A stretch of DNA of 54,916 bases from Carcharhinus longimanus (Eukaryota), in contig JASCQW010000032.1 of NCBI GenBank assembly GCA_030264375.1, positions 39,525,874 through 39,580,789 on the forward strand, read 5' to 3'. Positions 39,673 to 52,292 of the stretch are shown here, one piece after another. The notes beneath the pieces were generated by a model that was not told where the DNA came from, did no database searches, and saw only the letters and a list, made by a program, of their open reading frames with translations. The stretch's first letter is position 1, and the number at the start of each line of letters is the position of its first letter. The position numbers and the translations under genes are program-made.

Positions 39673-41017
39673 TTCAGATGATTTTTATCGCTTTATGTAT
39701 ATTTGAGCCATCAATTGTTTGCGGCACACTTCACAAGTAATATTTTCAAGTATCATGGATGTGTTAAATGTACACATATTTGTAAATTAAGAGGTACCGT
39801 AATTTCCACATTTCTGACAGGCAGGCTCTGTGGAAAAATAACTGTTCTCTCAATTGCCATTGAAATCAAATGGCTGCAAGTAGGTAAAGAGGCAAACTAT
39901 TTTATACAGCTTCACTTTAGCAGCAGAATAATGCACTGTGAACTACAGCGTGAAACACTCCTTTCTCCTCATATTTCCCAAAAGCAATTTATAGAAAATT
40001 GCAGTGTTCATTTTCTTTTAAAAACTTGTAAACCCCAAACTATATTATAAAACACAACAATTTCTCAATATAAAAACAACTTTCTTTTACAGTTGGTTTT
40101 GTAAAATAGTTGAGAAATTACTTCCCTTCACTTCGCTTGACATTTGGGTAAACAGAATTTGCCACGATCTTAAGTCTCTGATTACTTTGGCATTAGTGTG
40201 CAGTACAGTACGACATAGCAGCATCAAAATAAAGTTACATAAATATCAATCTAGCACTTTAAACAGCAACATCCCTCTACTTATCCAGACGATGGCAGCG
40301 TTGCACTACTAGATCTGATTCAGTTCCCAGCTTTACTGCAAGATTAATGTGTGCGCGTGAATATATGTAAGTGAGCATTGGAAAGGGGTTGGTGGGGAGG
40401 AGAAACAAATAATCAAAGTAACCTTTTCTAGACAAATCAGGTTAATAGCTATTTAACCAAATCCTAGATAAAGAGCTTTAACTTGTCACAAGTGCATACA
40501 TAATAAACTTAATTTTTACAAAGTATTTCTAGTGTGAAATCTTTCCTAATTTATCACATTTAAGCTGGTACTTCAAAAGTGTGGTTCATGCTTACAAGTA
40601 CCAGAAAATTATTTTAAACTAAGTTATTGCATATAAATAAAAGAATATTAAGTTCAATTTGTCATTTGAGGAACAATCTAAATACATTTCACAGACAGTA
40701 ATCCAAGATTAAAGACAGGATTAAAAAGTTACTTAATATTTGGATAATCCAGTTAGTTAGGATACTACTACTGATCAATAATTTAAATCAAGCCCAATCT
40801 GATGAAATTAAAGTTTATTTTTCATTGCTGGTCAAAAAAGTAATGGATGACATTAACTTTGATATAGATGTTGAAGCCATCCATTGCACAAAGCTGCTAA
40901 TTTATACAAAATTAAGGGCAACCTTTGTGTGGGCACCGGTCTGGTTGTTTCGAAAAAACTTGCACAATCTGACAAGGAAGTGTCACAAAATTATAAGATA
41001 TACTATCTGGATGAAAT

Positions 41018-41272
41018 AATGGAAATGGGATGCTGGCCTTCATAGCGAGGGGGATTGAATATAAAAGTAGGGAGGTCTTGCTGCAGCTGTATAGGGCNNN
41101 NNNNNNNNNNNNNNNNNNNNNNNNNNNNNNNNNNNNNNNNNNNNNNNNNNNNNNNNNNNNNNNNNNNNNNNNNNNNNNNNNNNNNNNNNNNNNNNNNTGA
41201 ATGGCGGGGCAGGCTCGAAGGGCCAGATGGCCTACTCCTGCTCCTATTTCTTATGTTCTTATGTTATGTTCT
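41018..41272 (+). mobile_element. Young CR1 LINE 3' part spanning gap
   Basis: NGMLAFIARGIEYKSREVLLQLYR before the gap; same 3' tail as 39162 and 51960 after it, with (TTATG)n end. Confidence 0.85.
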
Positions 41273-43949
41273 AAATGTGATAACAAAAATCACATTCCTG
41301 CATCTCACGCTATCACCTTTTCAAAAAAAAAAGGGACATTCTTAAAAGATAAGTTCAAGCCATACAAAAGTGGAGCACAAAAATGCAGTGTTCCAAGGTA
41401 GATTTATATTGGACTGAAAATGCGAATTCTGTTTCTCTCTCGACAGCTGCTGGGGTTAGGGGTGATTTATGATTATGCTGTGCATTGAGCAAACTTCTCT
41501 CTTTAGAGTTGGAATGCTTTTACAGAGATTATAGCAATTTTAGACATGGGTTTATAGGCTCCTTCCAAGGTAATATCTAGTTTTTAAAACTACAACTCAA
41601 GATCAAAATTTCCCCAGAAAGTGATCAATGCAGCATGCTTATAGTCCAGACAAATAAACTTTAATTATTTTGAAAAAACATTTCAAAACAATCATACATT
41701 TACAGAATTATCACTAAATCATTGTTCAGCATGTAAAAATACTTCATCTTGTAATTGCCTTAAAGCAAATCAAATGAATGTAACGACCCCAGTATAAACT
41801 TGTTTTTGGATTGCTCTTTGGCTGCAGACTCCTTTAGTTCAGTTTCTTGGGGTCTGAAATTTAAAACTCAAAATTTATTTTTTTTTTTAAAAAGCCATTC
41901 GCGTTTTGGATAGAATCTGTCAAGTTTTTCTGTAAGTAGTAGCTATCATGACTGTTTCATATTTACATCATGACATTGTTTCATGATGTCACTGTGTAGA
42001 ATTGTTTCTACCTTAGTAATCTTGACAAGCGAGCAACAATGTCAGCATCCACATGCATTAAATATTGAGCTTGGAACAATTATCAGAGTCTTCACCCAGC
42101 CAACAACGTAACAGCAGCCACAATGTAACAGCAGCCAGAATGACAGTACCAAACACCCTAAACTCTTTAGCTCCTAATCTGTTTTTTCATCTTCAGGTTC
42201 CCAGTTTATTACTGCCCTCTCAACAGTATCTAAAATTTTGACAATTACATCCCCAATCTCAAATTTCTCAATTTGTACGTGTAATGGTAGTAGAACTAAT
42301 TGCAAAATAATCATTTTAATTTTCAAACTCTAGTGAAAGTGACCATGTAAATTCCCAGAAAGCAAGAAATATGATTTAATGAATATACATTAAGATAAAC
42401 AGCCAAGACACCAGAATTACTTAAATGAATGCTCAAAGTATAAATCTGTATCCTTTCTTTTAGCAAAGAGAGTAAATGTGTGATAAAAAGTTAATTATCT
42501 TAAACATGTTTCTCTTATGATGCTCAAATGAAGCATTATACTTTCTGGCTAACTTGCAATAAAGTGGCTAAATACAACATCAAAGTACAGAAATAAACAA
42601 GAAATCCTAGAAACAAACACTCAACAGGACAAACAGCATCAGAGAGTAAGGTAGGCTTAACATTTAAAATTCATGGCCCATGTTTTGAGCTGGAAGTTAT
42701 GAACGGTTGTAAAGAACAAAGCCAGAAGGCCAGAGAGAAGTATTCACAGACAGCAAACATGAATGCTATCTTTATTTTTTCCTTTACAGGTACGGCTTGA
42801 TTTTCTGAAGACTTCAAGCATTTTCTATTAGACGCCTGGAATCCTTTTGCTTTCATTCACAAGTACAGAACTGCATCTGGAGCAAGTTTTATTCGTCATC
42901 ATTAGTCAATGTATAATATTACCTCACCGCATCAGAATGCTCCCTAGTTCCACCCATCAAAAGATGGAGTGTTCCAAAAATCCAGTGTGTGTGTTAAAGA
43001 GAATGCACTGTTACACTCCAGACAATGGGTCAGGTGAATCACCTCCAAAATCTAAGTGTGTTGGGATCTGCTGACAGGGATCACTAACTCCACCAAGCCA
43101 AAGGTGGAGTTGTTATGAATTTGTATCAATACTCACCTTATTGTTTAAAAAAACATGGAAAATTCTTATTTTTCAGTGAAAATCAGATCATAACCCTCCA
43201 AGCAGCACACAATTTAGCATAATGTGTTACTTGTGTCATATACAAGACTGTGTGCATGTCTGTAACAACATCAAAGCATGGCACAGGCTATAGGACCTAG
43301 TTTACAGTAGGGTTCTCATTTGCAGGTCAAAGATGTTTCACCTGTGCTGCTACTACCCTCAGAACACCAAGCCTGGTCAATCATGAACAGTTAGGTGATT
43401 GATGAACAGTGAAAACAGAATAATATACTTACTTGCTGTGATTTGTGAACTCTCATCAGGACTTCGCATCAAATTCTAATGTGGTAGGATTACTATTCCT
43501 ACAAGATTTCTGCAGGAGATTTGCTAAATGCAAAAACAATTTGGGTATTTTACAAAAAAGGAGAAAGCAGGATAAATAATTGGGGGCTGCAATTTAATTG
43601 TTTTTTTTCCGTCTCTTACTCATTTCCTTTTCAACAGTGTTCAAAATAAAAAATTATCTTCGCTTTTTCTTGCTCCAAGATCCATCTCACCCTCAGTTTC
43701 TCTCATGTTTGACATTAAAACATGAACCATGTTTTATTGTAGATGTTAGCAAAATTTACCCCAGTAATCCATTTTATTTTGCCATAATCGACTAAAACAA
43801 GACTGATGTGTCTATAAGTTTGTGGTGGTGTCTGCTTCACCATTTATGAATGTGAATATTAGCCCTTTTCCAATTCTAAATTATCTACGAGAAGCTCATA
43901 TACATTAGCTATATATACACACAAAGGACAATAAGTTACAAACATCTCT

Positions 43950-45332
43950 GATCTAAAAGCAAGACATCTGGATATAAATTGTCCCATTGGCAAGATGCAG
44001 CATGGGTTCATGAAGGGAAGATCATGTTTGACTAATTTGGTGGAATTTTTTGAGAACATTGCACGTGCCGAGGACAATGGGGAACCTGTGGATGTGGTGT
44101 ATCTGGATTTCCGGAAGGCATTTGACAAAGTGCTGCACTAAAGATTGCTACATAAGATGAAGGTGCAATGTGTTATGGGTAATGTGTTAGCATGGAAAGA
44201 AGATTGGTTAACTAACAGAAAGCAAAGAGGGGGTAAATGGGTGTTTTTCTGGTTGGTGATCAATGATGGTGTGCCTCAGGGACAAGTGTTGGGGCCGCAA
44301 TTGTTTACGATTTACACAGATGATTTGGAGTTGGGACCAAGTGCAGTGTGTCAAAATTCTCAGATGACACTAAGATGAGTGGCACAGAACGCTGAAAATC
44401 TGCCAAGGGGTACAGATAGTCTGAGTGGACAAGAGTTTGGCAGATGGAGTACAATGTTGGTAAATGTGAGCTCATCCATTTTGATGAGAATAACAGTAAA
44501 ATGGATTATTTAAATGGTAAAAAATTGCAGAATGTTGCTGTGCAGAGGGACCTGGGTCCTTCTGCAGGAATCTCAAGGCGTTGGTTTGCAGGTGTAGCAG
44601 GTAATTAAGAAGGCAAATGGAATTTTATCCTTCATTGCTATAGGGATGNNNNNNNNNNNNNNNNNNNNNNNNNNNNNNNNNNNNNNNNNNNNNNNNNNNN
44701 NNNNNNNNNNNNNNNNNNNNNNNNNNNNNNNNNNNNNNNNNNNNNNNNGAGGTTATGTTGCAGCTGTATAAGGTGCTGGTGAGGCCACATCTGGAGTACT
44801 GTGTACAGTTTTGGTCTCCTTACTTGAGAAAGGATATACTGACACTGGAGAGGGTGCGGAGGTGATTCACTAGATTCTGGAGTTGAGTGGGTTGGTTTAT
44901 GAGGAGAGACTAGGACTATACTCATTAGAATTCAGAAGGCGAGATCTTATAGAAACATATAAGATGAAGGGCATAAATAAAATAGAAGCAGGGAAGTTGT
45001 TTCCACTGGCAGGTGAAATTAGAACTAGGGGGGCATGGCCTCAAAATAAAAGGGAAGCAGGTTTAGGACTGAGTTGAGGAGGAACTTCTTCACACAAAGG
45101 ATTGTGAATCTGTAGAATTCCCTGCCCAGTGAAGCAGAGAGGCTCTCTCATTGAATGTTTTTAAGGCAAGGATAAATAAATTTGTGAACAGTAAAGGAAT
45201 AAGGGTTATGGCGAGTGGACAGCTAAGTGGAGCTGAGTCCACGAAAAGATCAACCATTACCTTATTGAATGATGGAACAGATTCGAGGGGCCAGATGGCC
45301 TACGCCTGCTCCTAGTTTTTATATTATGTTCT
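43950..45332 (+). mobile_element. CR1 LINE ORF2 RT/3' fragment with stops and frameshifts
   Basis: QHGFMKGRSCLTNLVEFFE...[42 protein letters not shown], tail GGGCCAGATGGCCTACGCCTGCTCC. Confidence 0.93.
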
Positions 45333-45949
45333 TAATACAATCATGTTGAAAATACACTCAGCACAAACTATACATTTAAATACATTGCCTCTATCTTCAG
45401 AATGCACCAACTTCGTCCTATCAAGAACATGCATGATACAAATATAAAAGCTCTGCAATCCAGCAAATTAGTTTAATCTATAAGCTGCAATGGCATGTAG
45501 AGTAATTTGAGGACGAGAATCCAGTCCTTCAAGTTTTTTTTTATTTTTGTAGGATAAATTTTCTTACAGAAATTGCCTTAAAATGTTTTTTCATTAAAAC
45601 ATCTAGAAGTATTTCTGAGAGGTGTATTTTTGTGGTATCGTTTAGAGCAAATTTTGAGAATGGATAAGAAACTGGTTGAAATCTGGACAACTAATCGGAT
45701 GAGTTATTTTCAAATTGGAGAATAGAATACTGACTGCAATTTTAAGTGCCGAATTGGTTCTGTTGTAAAATCCAGCCCAACATCACAATATTGATAATAA
45801 TACTGATATCATCAATATTGAAATGCAGTCATAACTTGGATGGAGATTTCCTCTCAAACGAGACCTCAAAAGATCAAAACCACATTTCTGGGCAATCAAT
45901 GGCAGTCTTCCATCTCATAAGAAAACAGTTTGCGTCGGTGAAATGTGTG

Positions 45950-47345
45950 TAAAGTATCGTCTGGTATGGCTCAGGAGCTCCGCTCTGGCAATCTGTCACT
46001 TTTGCTGCAGAGGATGACAGTGGGCTAAGAAAATGCACAATTCATTGACCTCTGTTTTCTAATGAGCCTTCTTCTCAGCCATTTTAACTTTTACTTCTTT
46101 TGCTTCTTCCATTGCCCTTCCATCTGCCAGCATCCAGAAGTCATGGCCATTAGTGACCTTCTCCCAGTTGTCACTGTCAATATCTGTCATCCTCGTATCT
46201 CGCTTACAAGTGTCCTTGTTGTGGAGATGTGAATACCCATTGCCAGTTCACCATGCATAGGTTCCTTGTGTAAAACTTCATCCATCTGAAGAACCAGCGC
46301 AAACATTGTTAGCTTAGAAAGAGTGGATACTGATAGAATTAGCATATTCCACAATCTTGAGTTGGTGACCTTGGCCTGCTAAGAGGTGCCGAGGATACAT
46401 CTGACAATGAAGGTGGAAACCGTTCAGCCTTTTCTCCTGCCTAGCATATGTTGCCTAAGTCTCATCACCTTAAAAGGAGTGCATGGAGGGCATAATGCCA
46501 TTAGACAGCACTATTGATGACCTCTTTCCTTCACTGTATTGATGATCAAGAGTGACTGAGGCAGGAAGAGGCAGGCTAGGTTGGCCCAGTTTTTCGTGAA
46601 CAGGATATACTTGGGCATTTTTCCATATTGTTAGGTAGACACCCTCTGTAGATGACCTGATGGCATATGACAGCAGCAAAATGAAGATTATGCCATAATG
46701 TCAATGACAGAACACAACCCTGTTTCACCTCACTGTAGATTTCAAAGGGTTCTGATGTTGCCCTATCATAGTTGACTTTACTCATGCTGTTGTAGAAAGG
46801 TGATTATACTGAGGAGCTTTGGCAGACAAGTAGCTTATTGCCTTTCTCAATGTCAAATGTCCAAGTGAGATGGATAAAGGTGATACATACCTGTCTCCTT
46901 TGTTCACAGCATTTCTCTTGCAGCTGCTGGACGAAGAAGGTGATCATGTCACAGTTGGATCTTCCAGTTCTGAAAACACTTGAATTTCAAACTGATGCAT
47001 TCAGCCGGGATCTTGCAGTTTGACAAAGGCAACACAGGTAAATACTTTCCCCATGATGCTCAGCAAGGACAATACCTGTACAAGAATTGTTACAGTTGCT
47101 GCTATCATCCTTGTTCTTGCACAGAGTTACAATCTTGTACCTCACACATCCTACAGAACTGTCCTTGCCACCTCACCCTCTAGCAGAGAGGGTGAAGCTC
47201 AATGAAGATTTCCTGTGCCTGAAATTAGGTAGTATATCATTAAAACCTGGAGCTATGCCCATGGCAATCCAATCAATAGCTTTGCCAAGCTCCTCCTGTT
47301 TGGGTTCAATATTCAGTTTTTCCATGGCAGGATGAGTATGAGAAC
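45950..47345 (-). mobile_element. RTE-clade LINE fragment containing a CR1-type segment
   Basis: PAMEKLNIEPKQEELGKAID...APG, SEPFEIYSEVKQGCVLS, YARQEKRLNGFHL motifs. Confidence 0.85.
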
Positions 47346-47351
47346 AGGGAT

Positions 47352-47874
47352 GTTTTACTGCAACTGTATTGGACGTTGGTGAGGCTGCACCTGGAGTAGT
47401 GTGCAATTTGGTGTCCTTACCCAAGGAAGGATACCCTTGCTATGGAGGGAATGCAGCAAAGGTTTTCCAGGCTGATTCCTGGGACGGCATGTCTGTCATA
47501 TAAAGGAGAATCAGTTAGGATTATATTCATTGGAGTTTAGAAGAAAGTGGGGATCTCAGAAACTTATACAATTGTAACAGGATTAGACAGGGTAGATTCA
47601 GAAAGAATGTTTCAATGGTGGGGGATCCAGAACTAGTTTGAGGATAAGGGTAAACCTTTTAGGACCAAGATAAGGAGAAACTCCTTCAGTCAGAGTGGTG
47701 ACTCTGTGGAATTCACCACCACAGAAAGTAGTTGAGGCAAAACGTTGTATGATTTCAAGACAAAAGTTAGATATAGTTCTTGGGCTAAAAGGATCGGGGG
47801 ATATTGAACATGATCAGCCATGAATGGCGGAGCAGGATCAAAGGGCTGAATGGCCTACTCCTGCTTCTATTTTC
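47352..47874 (+). mobile_element. CR1 LINE 3' fragment
   Basis: LLQLYWTLVRLHLE..VQF; tail GGGCTGAATGGCCTACTCCTGCTTCTATTTTC. Confidence 0.88.
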
Positions 47875-48021
47875 TAAGTAAGAAGTCTCACAACACCAAG
47901 TTAAAGTCCAACAGGTTTATTTGGTAGCAAAAGCCACTAGCTTTCAGAGTGCTGCCCCTTCGTCAGGTGAGTGGGAGTTCTATTCACAAACTTACCCCAG
48001 TCCAACGTCAGCATCTCCACA
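47875..48021 (-). mobile_element. Short Penelope-type terminal-repeat insert
   Basis: Flanked by 9-bp direct repeat TCTATTTTC (47866-47874, 48022-48030); contains a hammerhead core followed by AATAAA on the minus strand. Confidence 0.7.
47935..47969 (-). ncRNA. Minimal type I hammerhead ribozyme motif
   Basis: Minus strand CAC-CUGACGA-AGGG-gcagca-CUCU-GAAA-GC-UA-GUG: conserved core boxes, 4-bp stem II, 3-bp stem I, palindromic AGCU in place of stem III. Confidence 0.65.
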
Positions 48022-48559
48022 TCTATTTTCAAGACTGTAAGGTTTGTCCAAAAAGGTCAATATGACATGTCAAGTGTGTGGATGAAGGGAGCTAGCATGG
48101 TTTGTATGTGCTAGTTTGCTTATTTTCAGCTTACACTGCAAGCTATCTGCAGTGTGAAAGAGGGAGCAAAGTATGTAAGTCTCTCCCTATCACTACACAG
48201 CCTCACCATCTTCAACTCCTCAATTGCACAGAATAATACTAGAATACAGAATTACACTGGAATACAACAGAAGACAGAAATCTGCTGCTGTTCTTTGCTC
48301 TGTAAGCTGTGGAAAAGTTCTTTAAAAATCTGGAACTTGATCTAGATAGTCTATCAAACTTAGTTTCAACTACCCGGTCTTCTCCTGACATTACAAAAGA
48401 TACAACTTCTAATAACTGAAAAAGTAATAGAGGTAGAAATTCTCAAAACATTTAAAAATACTTAAATTTGCATGAGAAATGCCATAACCTAAAAATTTAT
48501 GGACCGAGAACTTAAAGTGGGTTTAAGTTAATAACTAATTGTCTATCAACATGAACGAG

Positions 48560-49100
48560 GATGAGATTTTTAAAATTAAGACATTGCTCCACCAGGACCC
48601 AATATAGTAGGTCTCTGAGCATGGTTCGATAAATGGAACCCGGTGCAAGTTAAAACACAAGCAGAGTTTTGGATGATCTTAGCTTAACAGGTAGTAGAAT
48701 GTGGACGACCAGCCAGAAGTCTTGGAATAGTCAAGTATAGACAGAACAATTTCATGAATGACAGTTTTAACAGCAGTGAGTTGAGACAGGGGCGATGTTC
48801 TGGAGTGAAAAATAGGTTCTCTTACGTAGAGATGGCACAAATGAGGTTGGAAAACTATCTCTGGGTCAAGTGTGACATCAGGTTGCCAATTTTAGACTGT
48901 CACCAGGGAAAGGGGTGAAATTGCTAGCTAGAGGATGAAATTCAGAGGGTGGCTGGAAATGAAAGCTTTGGCCTTGCCAATATTTGAATGGAGGAAATTT
49001 CTGCTGATCCAGTACTGGATGACAGCTAAGCAGTCTGAAAATTTAGCAACAGTGGAGAGGAGACGGGAGGTAGAATGGTGTCATCAGGATACATGTGAAG
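48560..49100 (-). mobile_element. L2-clade LINE fragment
   Basis: Minus strand HMYPDDT (decayed YADD) near 49075-49097; homologous to 30110-31480. Confidence 0.75.
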
Positions 49101-49709
49101 CAAAGTTTAAATTAGTTTGGGAAACGTCAGTTCAACTCCCTATAAAGATTGGTCAACAGTAAAAACCTGGCCATAATGTGGCTCCAAATTCATATCCCAA
49201 ATATACATTTTTGGTTAGTTAATGTGGAAAACAGAACTGTCCTATTAGTGCAAGTGGATTTCGAAAATATTTGCTGCAGTTGGGTTAAGGCAAACTGTTG
49301 GAAAAATAAATTTTGATGCAAGTGACTTGTTAACCAATTAAACTATAGAACAGGGCACATTCTTAATGCTGCCAAGCAAGGGATGGAGGCCCAATAGGAT
49401 CCTGGGGCTACCACAGGCCCAGACATAAAATTAGGAAAATACCAGGTGATGGAAAGTTTTGGGAATCTTTGGTTCAATTTCAGCTATTCCTCCCAAGCAT
49501 ACTACATTTGTCATGCCTCAAGTTACTCATACTCTATCCCTGATTATCTACTGAAACACAACTTAATCTGTATTTGAATGAATCAATATTCTCGGCTTTT
49601 GTTTCCCTAGGGGGTATCTGCAAAGACTGATCACTTACTCCCTGATTGCTTCGACACAAGTTTTAAGTGCCACTACATCAAGGTAAGCTGCCATTTTTCC
49701 ACCCAATTA

Positions 49710-50560
49710 GCAAGAAATAGACCACCAGGCCCTATAAGCCTGGTGGCCTATTCCATTCAAGCCCCGCCATTCAATACGGTCATGGCTGATGCTTGCTGGC
49801 TTCAACTTCTTTTCTGTGCCATTTTCCCATCGCCCTCTATTCCTCAATCCATCAAATGTTTATCCACCTCCACTTTAAATACTTCCAATGATTCAGAATC
49901 CACTACCCTTTGGAGCAGAGAATTCCAGAGATTCGTTACCCCCTGCGAGAAGACATTTCTACATACCTCAGTTTTAAGTGACTTGCAGCTATGTCCTTGT
50001 TCAAGACTCTCTCACTAGTGAAAACATCTCACCATCTATCCTGTCAAGCCCCCACAGGATCTTGCGAGAGAGAATAAGGTCACCCTTCGCACTTCTAAAC
50101 TCCAAGGAACAAAGAATATTTAGTCTCTCTTGAAATGACAGCTCTCTCAACCCGGGAATTAATCATGTGGATCTCCTTTGCACTGCGTCTAATGTTACTA
50201 TGCCCTTTGTTAGGAAAGGGCACCAAAACTGCCACAGTATTCCAGATGAGGCCTCATCAACACTCTGTACAATTGCAACAAAGCTCCCTATTTTAAACTC
50301 CAACCCCTTTGCAATAAAGGCCAAAATGCAGTTTGCCTTCTTTACTTGTTGGACCTGCCTCCTAGCTTGTGATTCATGAACTAGGACATCTAGATCCCTC
50401 TGTACTTCATTCACCTACAGTCTCTCTCTATTTAGAGACCTATCAAAGTGCATGACCTCACACTTGCCCAAATTAAACTCCATTTGCCAGGTTGTCACCA
50501 AGTCACCCAAGCTATCCACATCCTGTTGCAAGATCGCAAAATCCCCTTCCACCTATCTTT
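49710..50560 (-). mobile_element. CR1 LINE 3' fragment
   Basis: VQRDLDVLVHES...KKANCILAFIAKGLEFK; LWNSL motif; reverse CR1 tail near 49710-49790. Confidence 0.88.
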
Positions 50561-50687
50561 GTATCATTGGCAAATTTGGAAACCTTAAAAGTAAACAATT
50601 GAAGTCTAACATCCTCTTCAGCTTTGTAACTGTGTTCAATACAACTATCACCTGCTTTAAAAAAGAAAAGCATTTACTTTCAAACAA

Positions 50688-51500
50688 CACCAACAACTTT
50701 TATTTAGATATGTAGTATCTTTAATGCACTTCACAGGAGCTTAAACAAAATTTTAAACTGAGTTACATAAGATGTTAAAATAGATTACCAAAAGCTTAGT
50801 CAAAAAGTTAAGTTTTAAGCATCTTAAAGATGGAAAGAGAAATGGGAGATTTAAGAAAGGGAATTCTAGAGTTTAGGGTCTTGACAGTCAATGGCACAGA
50901 AGTCAATAATGAGCCAACTGCAAACCACGAGATGCTTAAAATGCCAGAATTGGAGAAGCGCACAGCTTAGAAGATTGTATAGCTGAAGGGCAAGGCCATG
51001 GAGGAATATGAAAATAAGGATAAGAATTTTAAAACCAAAGTATTGTTTAATGTAGGTCAGTGGGCACAGGTTGATCTGATGAATGGGACTTACTGAAGTT
51101 AGAGCGTGGGTTACCTCAACTTTACAGTGAGTAGGATGCAGGAGTTCAACCAGGAATGTGCTAAAATAATCAACACTAGAACTAACAAATGGATTGAGGG
51201 TTTTAGCCGATGATCTGAGTCAGAGGCAGAGTTGAGCATTATTACAAAGATGGAAATTAGCCATTTTGTTGATGGTGTAAACATGTAGTCAGTAATGCAT
51301 CCAAGTTGGCTTGTCGCACGTCAGATAGTTACCAAAGACAGAGACAGTTAATAACTAGGAAGCGGAGTTTGGGGCCAGGATCAGGAAAAAAAACTAGCTT
51401 CAGTTTTCCCAATAGTTAATTGGCGGAAATTTCTGCTCAAAATATTGGATGGCAGAAGTGCAGTTTGACAATGGAGAGAGAGCGGAGAGAGATGGTGGTG
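50688..51500 (-). mobile_element. L2-clade LINE 3' end
   Basis: (CAA)n reverse tail then TTTATTTAGATA..TTCACAGGAGC..ACCAAAAGCTTAGTCAAA; homologous to 30110-31030. Confidence 0.75.
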
Positions 51501-51957
51501 GAATGGCAGTCACCACAAACTTTGAACAGAATGGTGAGAAATGTTTAAACAAAGTATATGCAAAACTGTTTTTGTTTAATATAATAGAAAGACTTGTAAT
51601 AATGTAATACAGTATCCATACATCGAAATTAATACAAACACTTCAAAACCTCAAGTTTTTTTACATAGGCATTGAGATTTATTTTCCTGCAAAGTTACGA
51701 TATAAACAGTAAGTTTCAAAGGTGTTTCAAAGTGAGAATAGTGAAAGTGGACTCAAAGCTGCTTTAGTCAAGGTGATCTGACGATTGAAATGCAACAAGA
51801 TAGAAAAAGGACAGGTGAAGAATTTCAGAATGGGGGGAGGGAAGTGGGGAGAACAAGTTTAGTCAATTTTTGAGATACAAACATCATTACAACTTGGATA
51901 AAAAAAACTTGGACAGTTTTCATTACTAGATTCCTTTAAAAAATGCTGCAATGAAAG

Positions 51958-52292
51958 GAACATAACAACATAAGAAATAGGAGCAGGAGTAGGCCATCTG
52001 GCCCTTCGAGCCTGCCCCGCCATTCAATAAGATCNNNNNNNNNNNNNNNNNNNNNNNNNNNNNNNNNNNNNNNNNNNNNNNNNNNNNNNNNNNNNNNNNN
52101 NNNNNNNNNNNNNNNNNNNNNNNNNNNNNNNNNNCTCCCCTCTATTCAAACAAAGGACGCGTGTCCGGGAACCCACTTTCTCCTCCTCCATCTGCACCAG
52201 AAACTCCACCAGACAATGATCACTCTCTCCAAGAGGATCCTTCACCGCAAGGTCCCTAACTCTACCTGCCTCATTACATAGCACCAGATCCA
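51958..52292 (-). mobile_element. Young CR1 LINE, interior collapsed in N-gap
   Basis: 3' tail on one side of the gap; APE endonuclease end DLVLCNEAGRVRDLAVKDPLGESDH on the other. Confidence 0.88.

Noticed and set aside
42100-42150. Short 17-bp tandem repeat (CAA.GTAACAGCAGCCA, about 3 units)
   Set aside because: Ordinary decayed minisatellite with no spacers; not CRISPR-like.
43111-43940. Possible solo LTR (TGTTA...TTACA)
   Set aside because: No matching target-site duplication and no second copy in the window.
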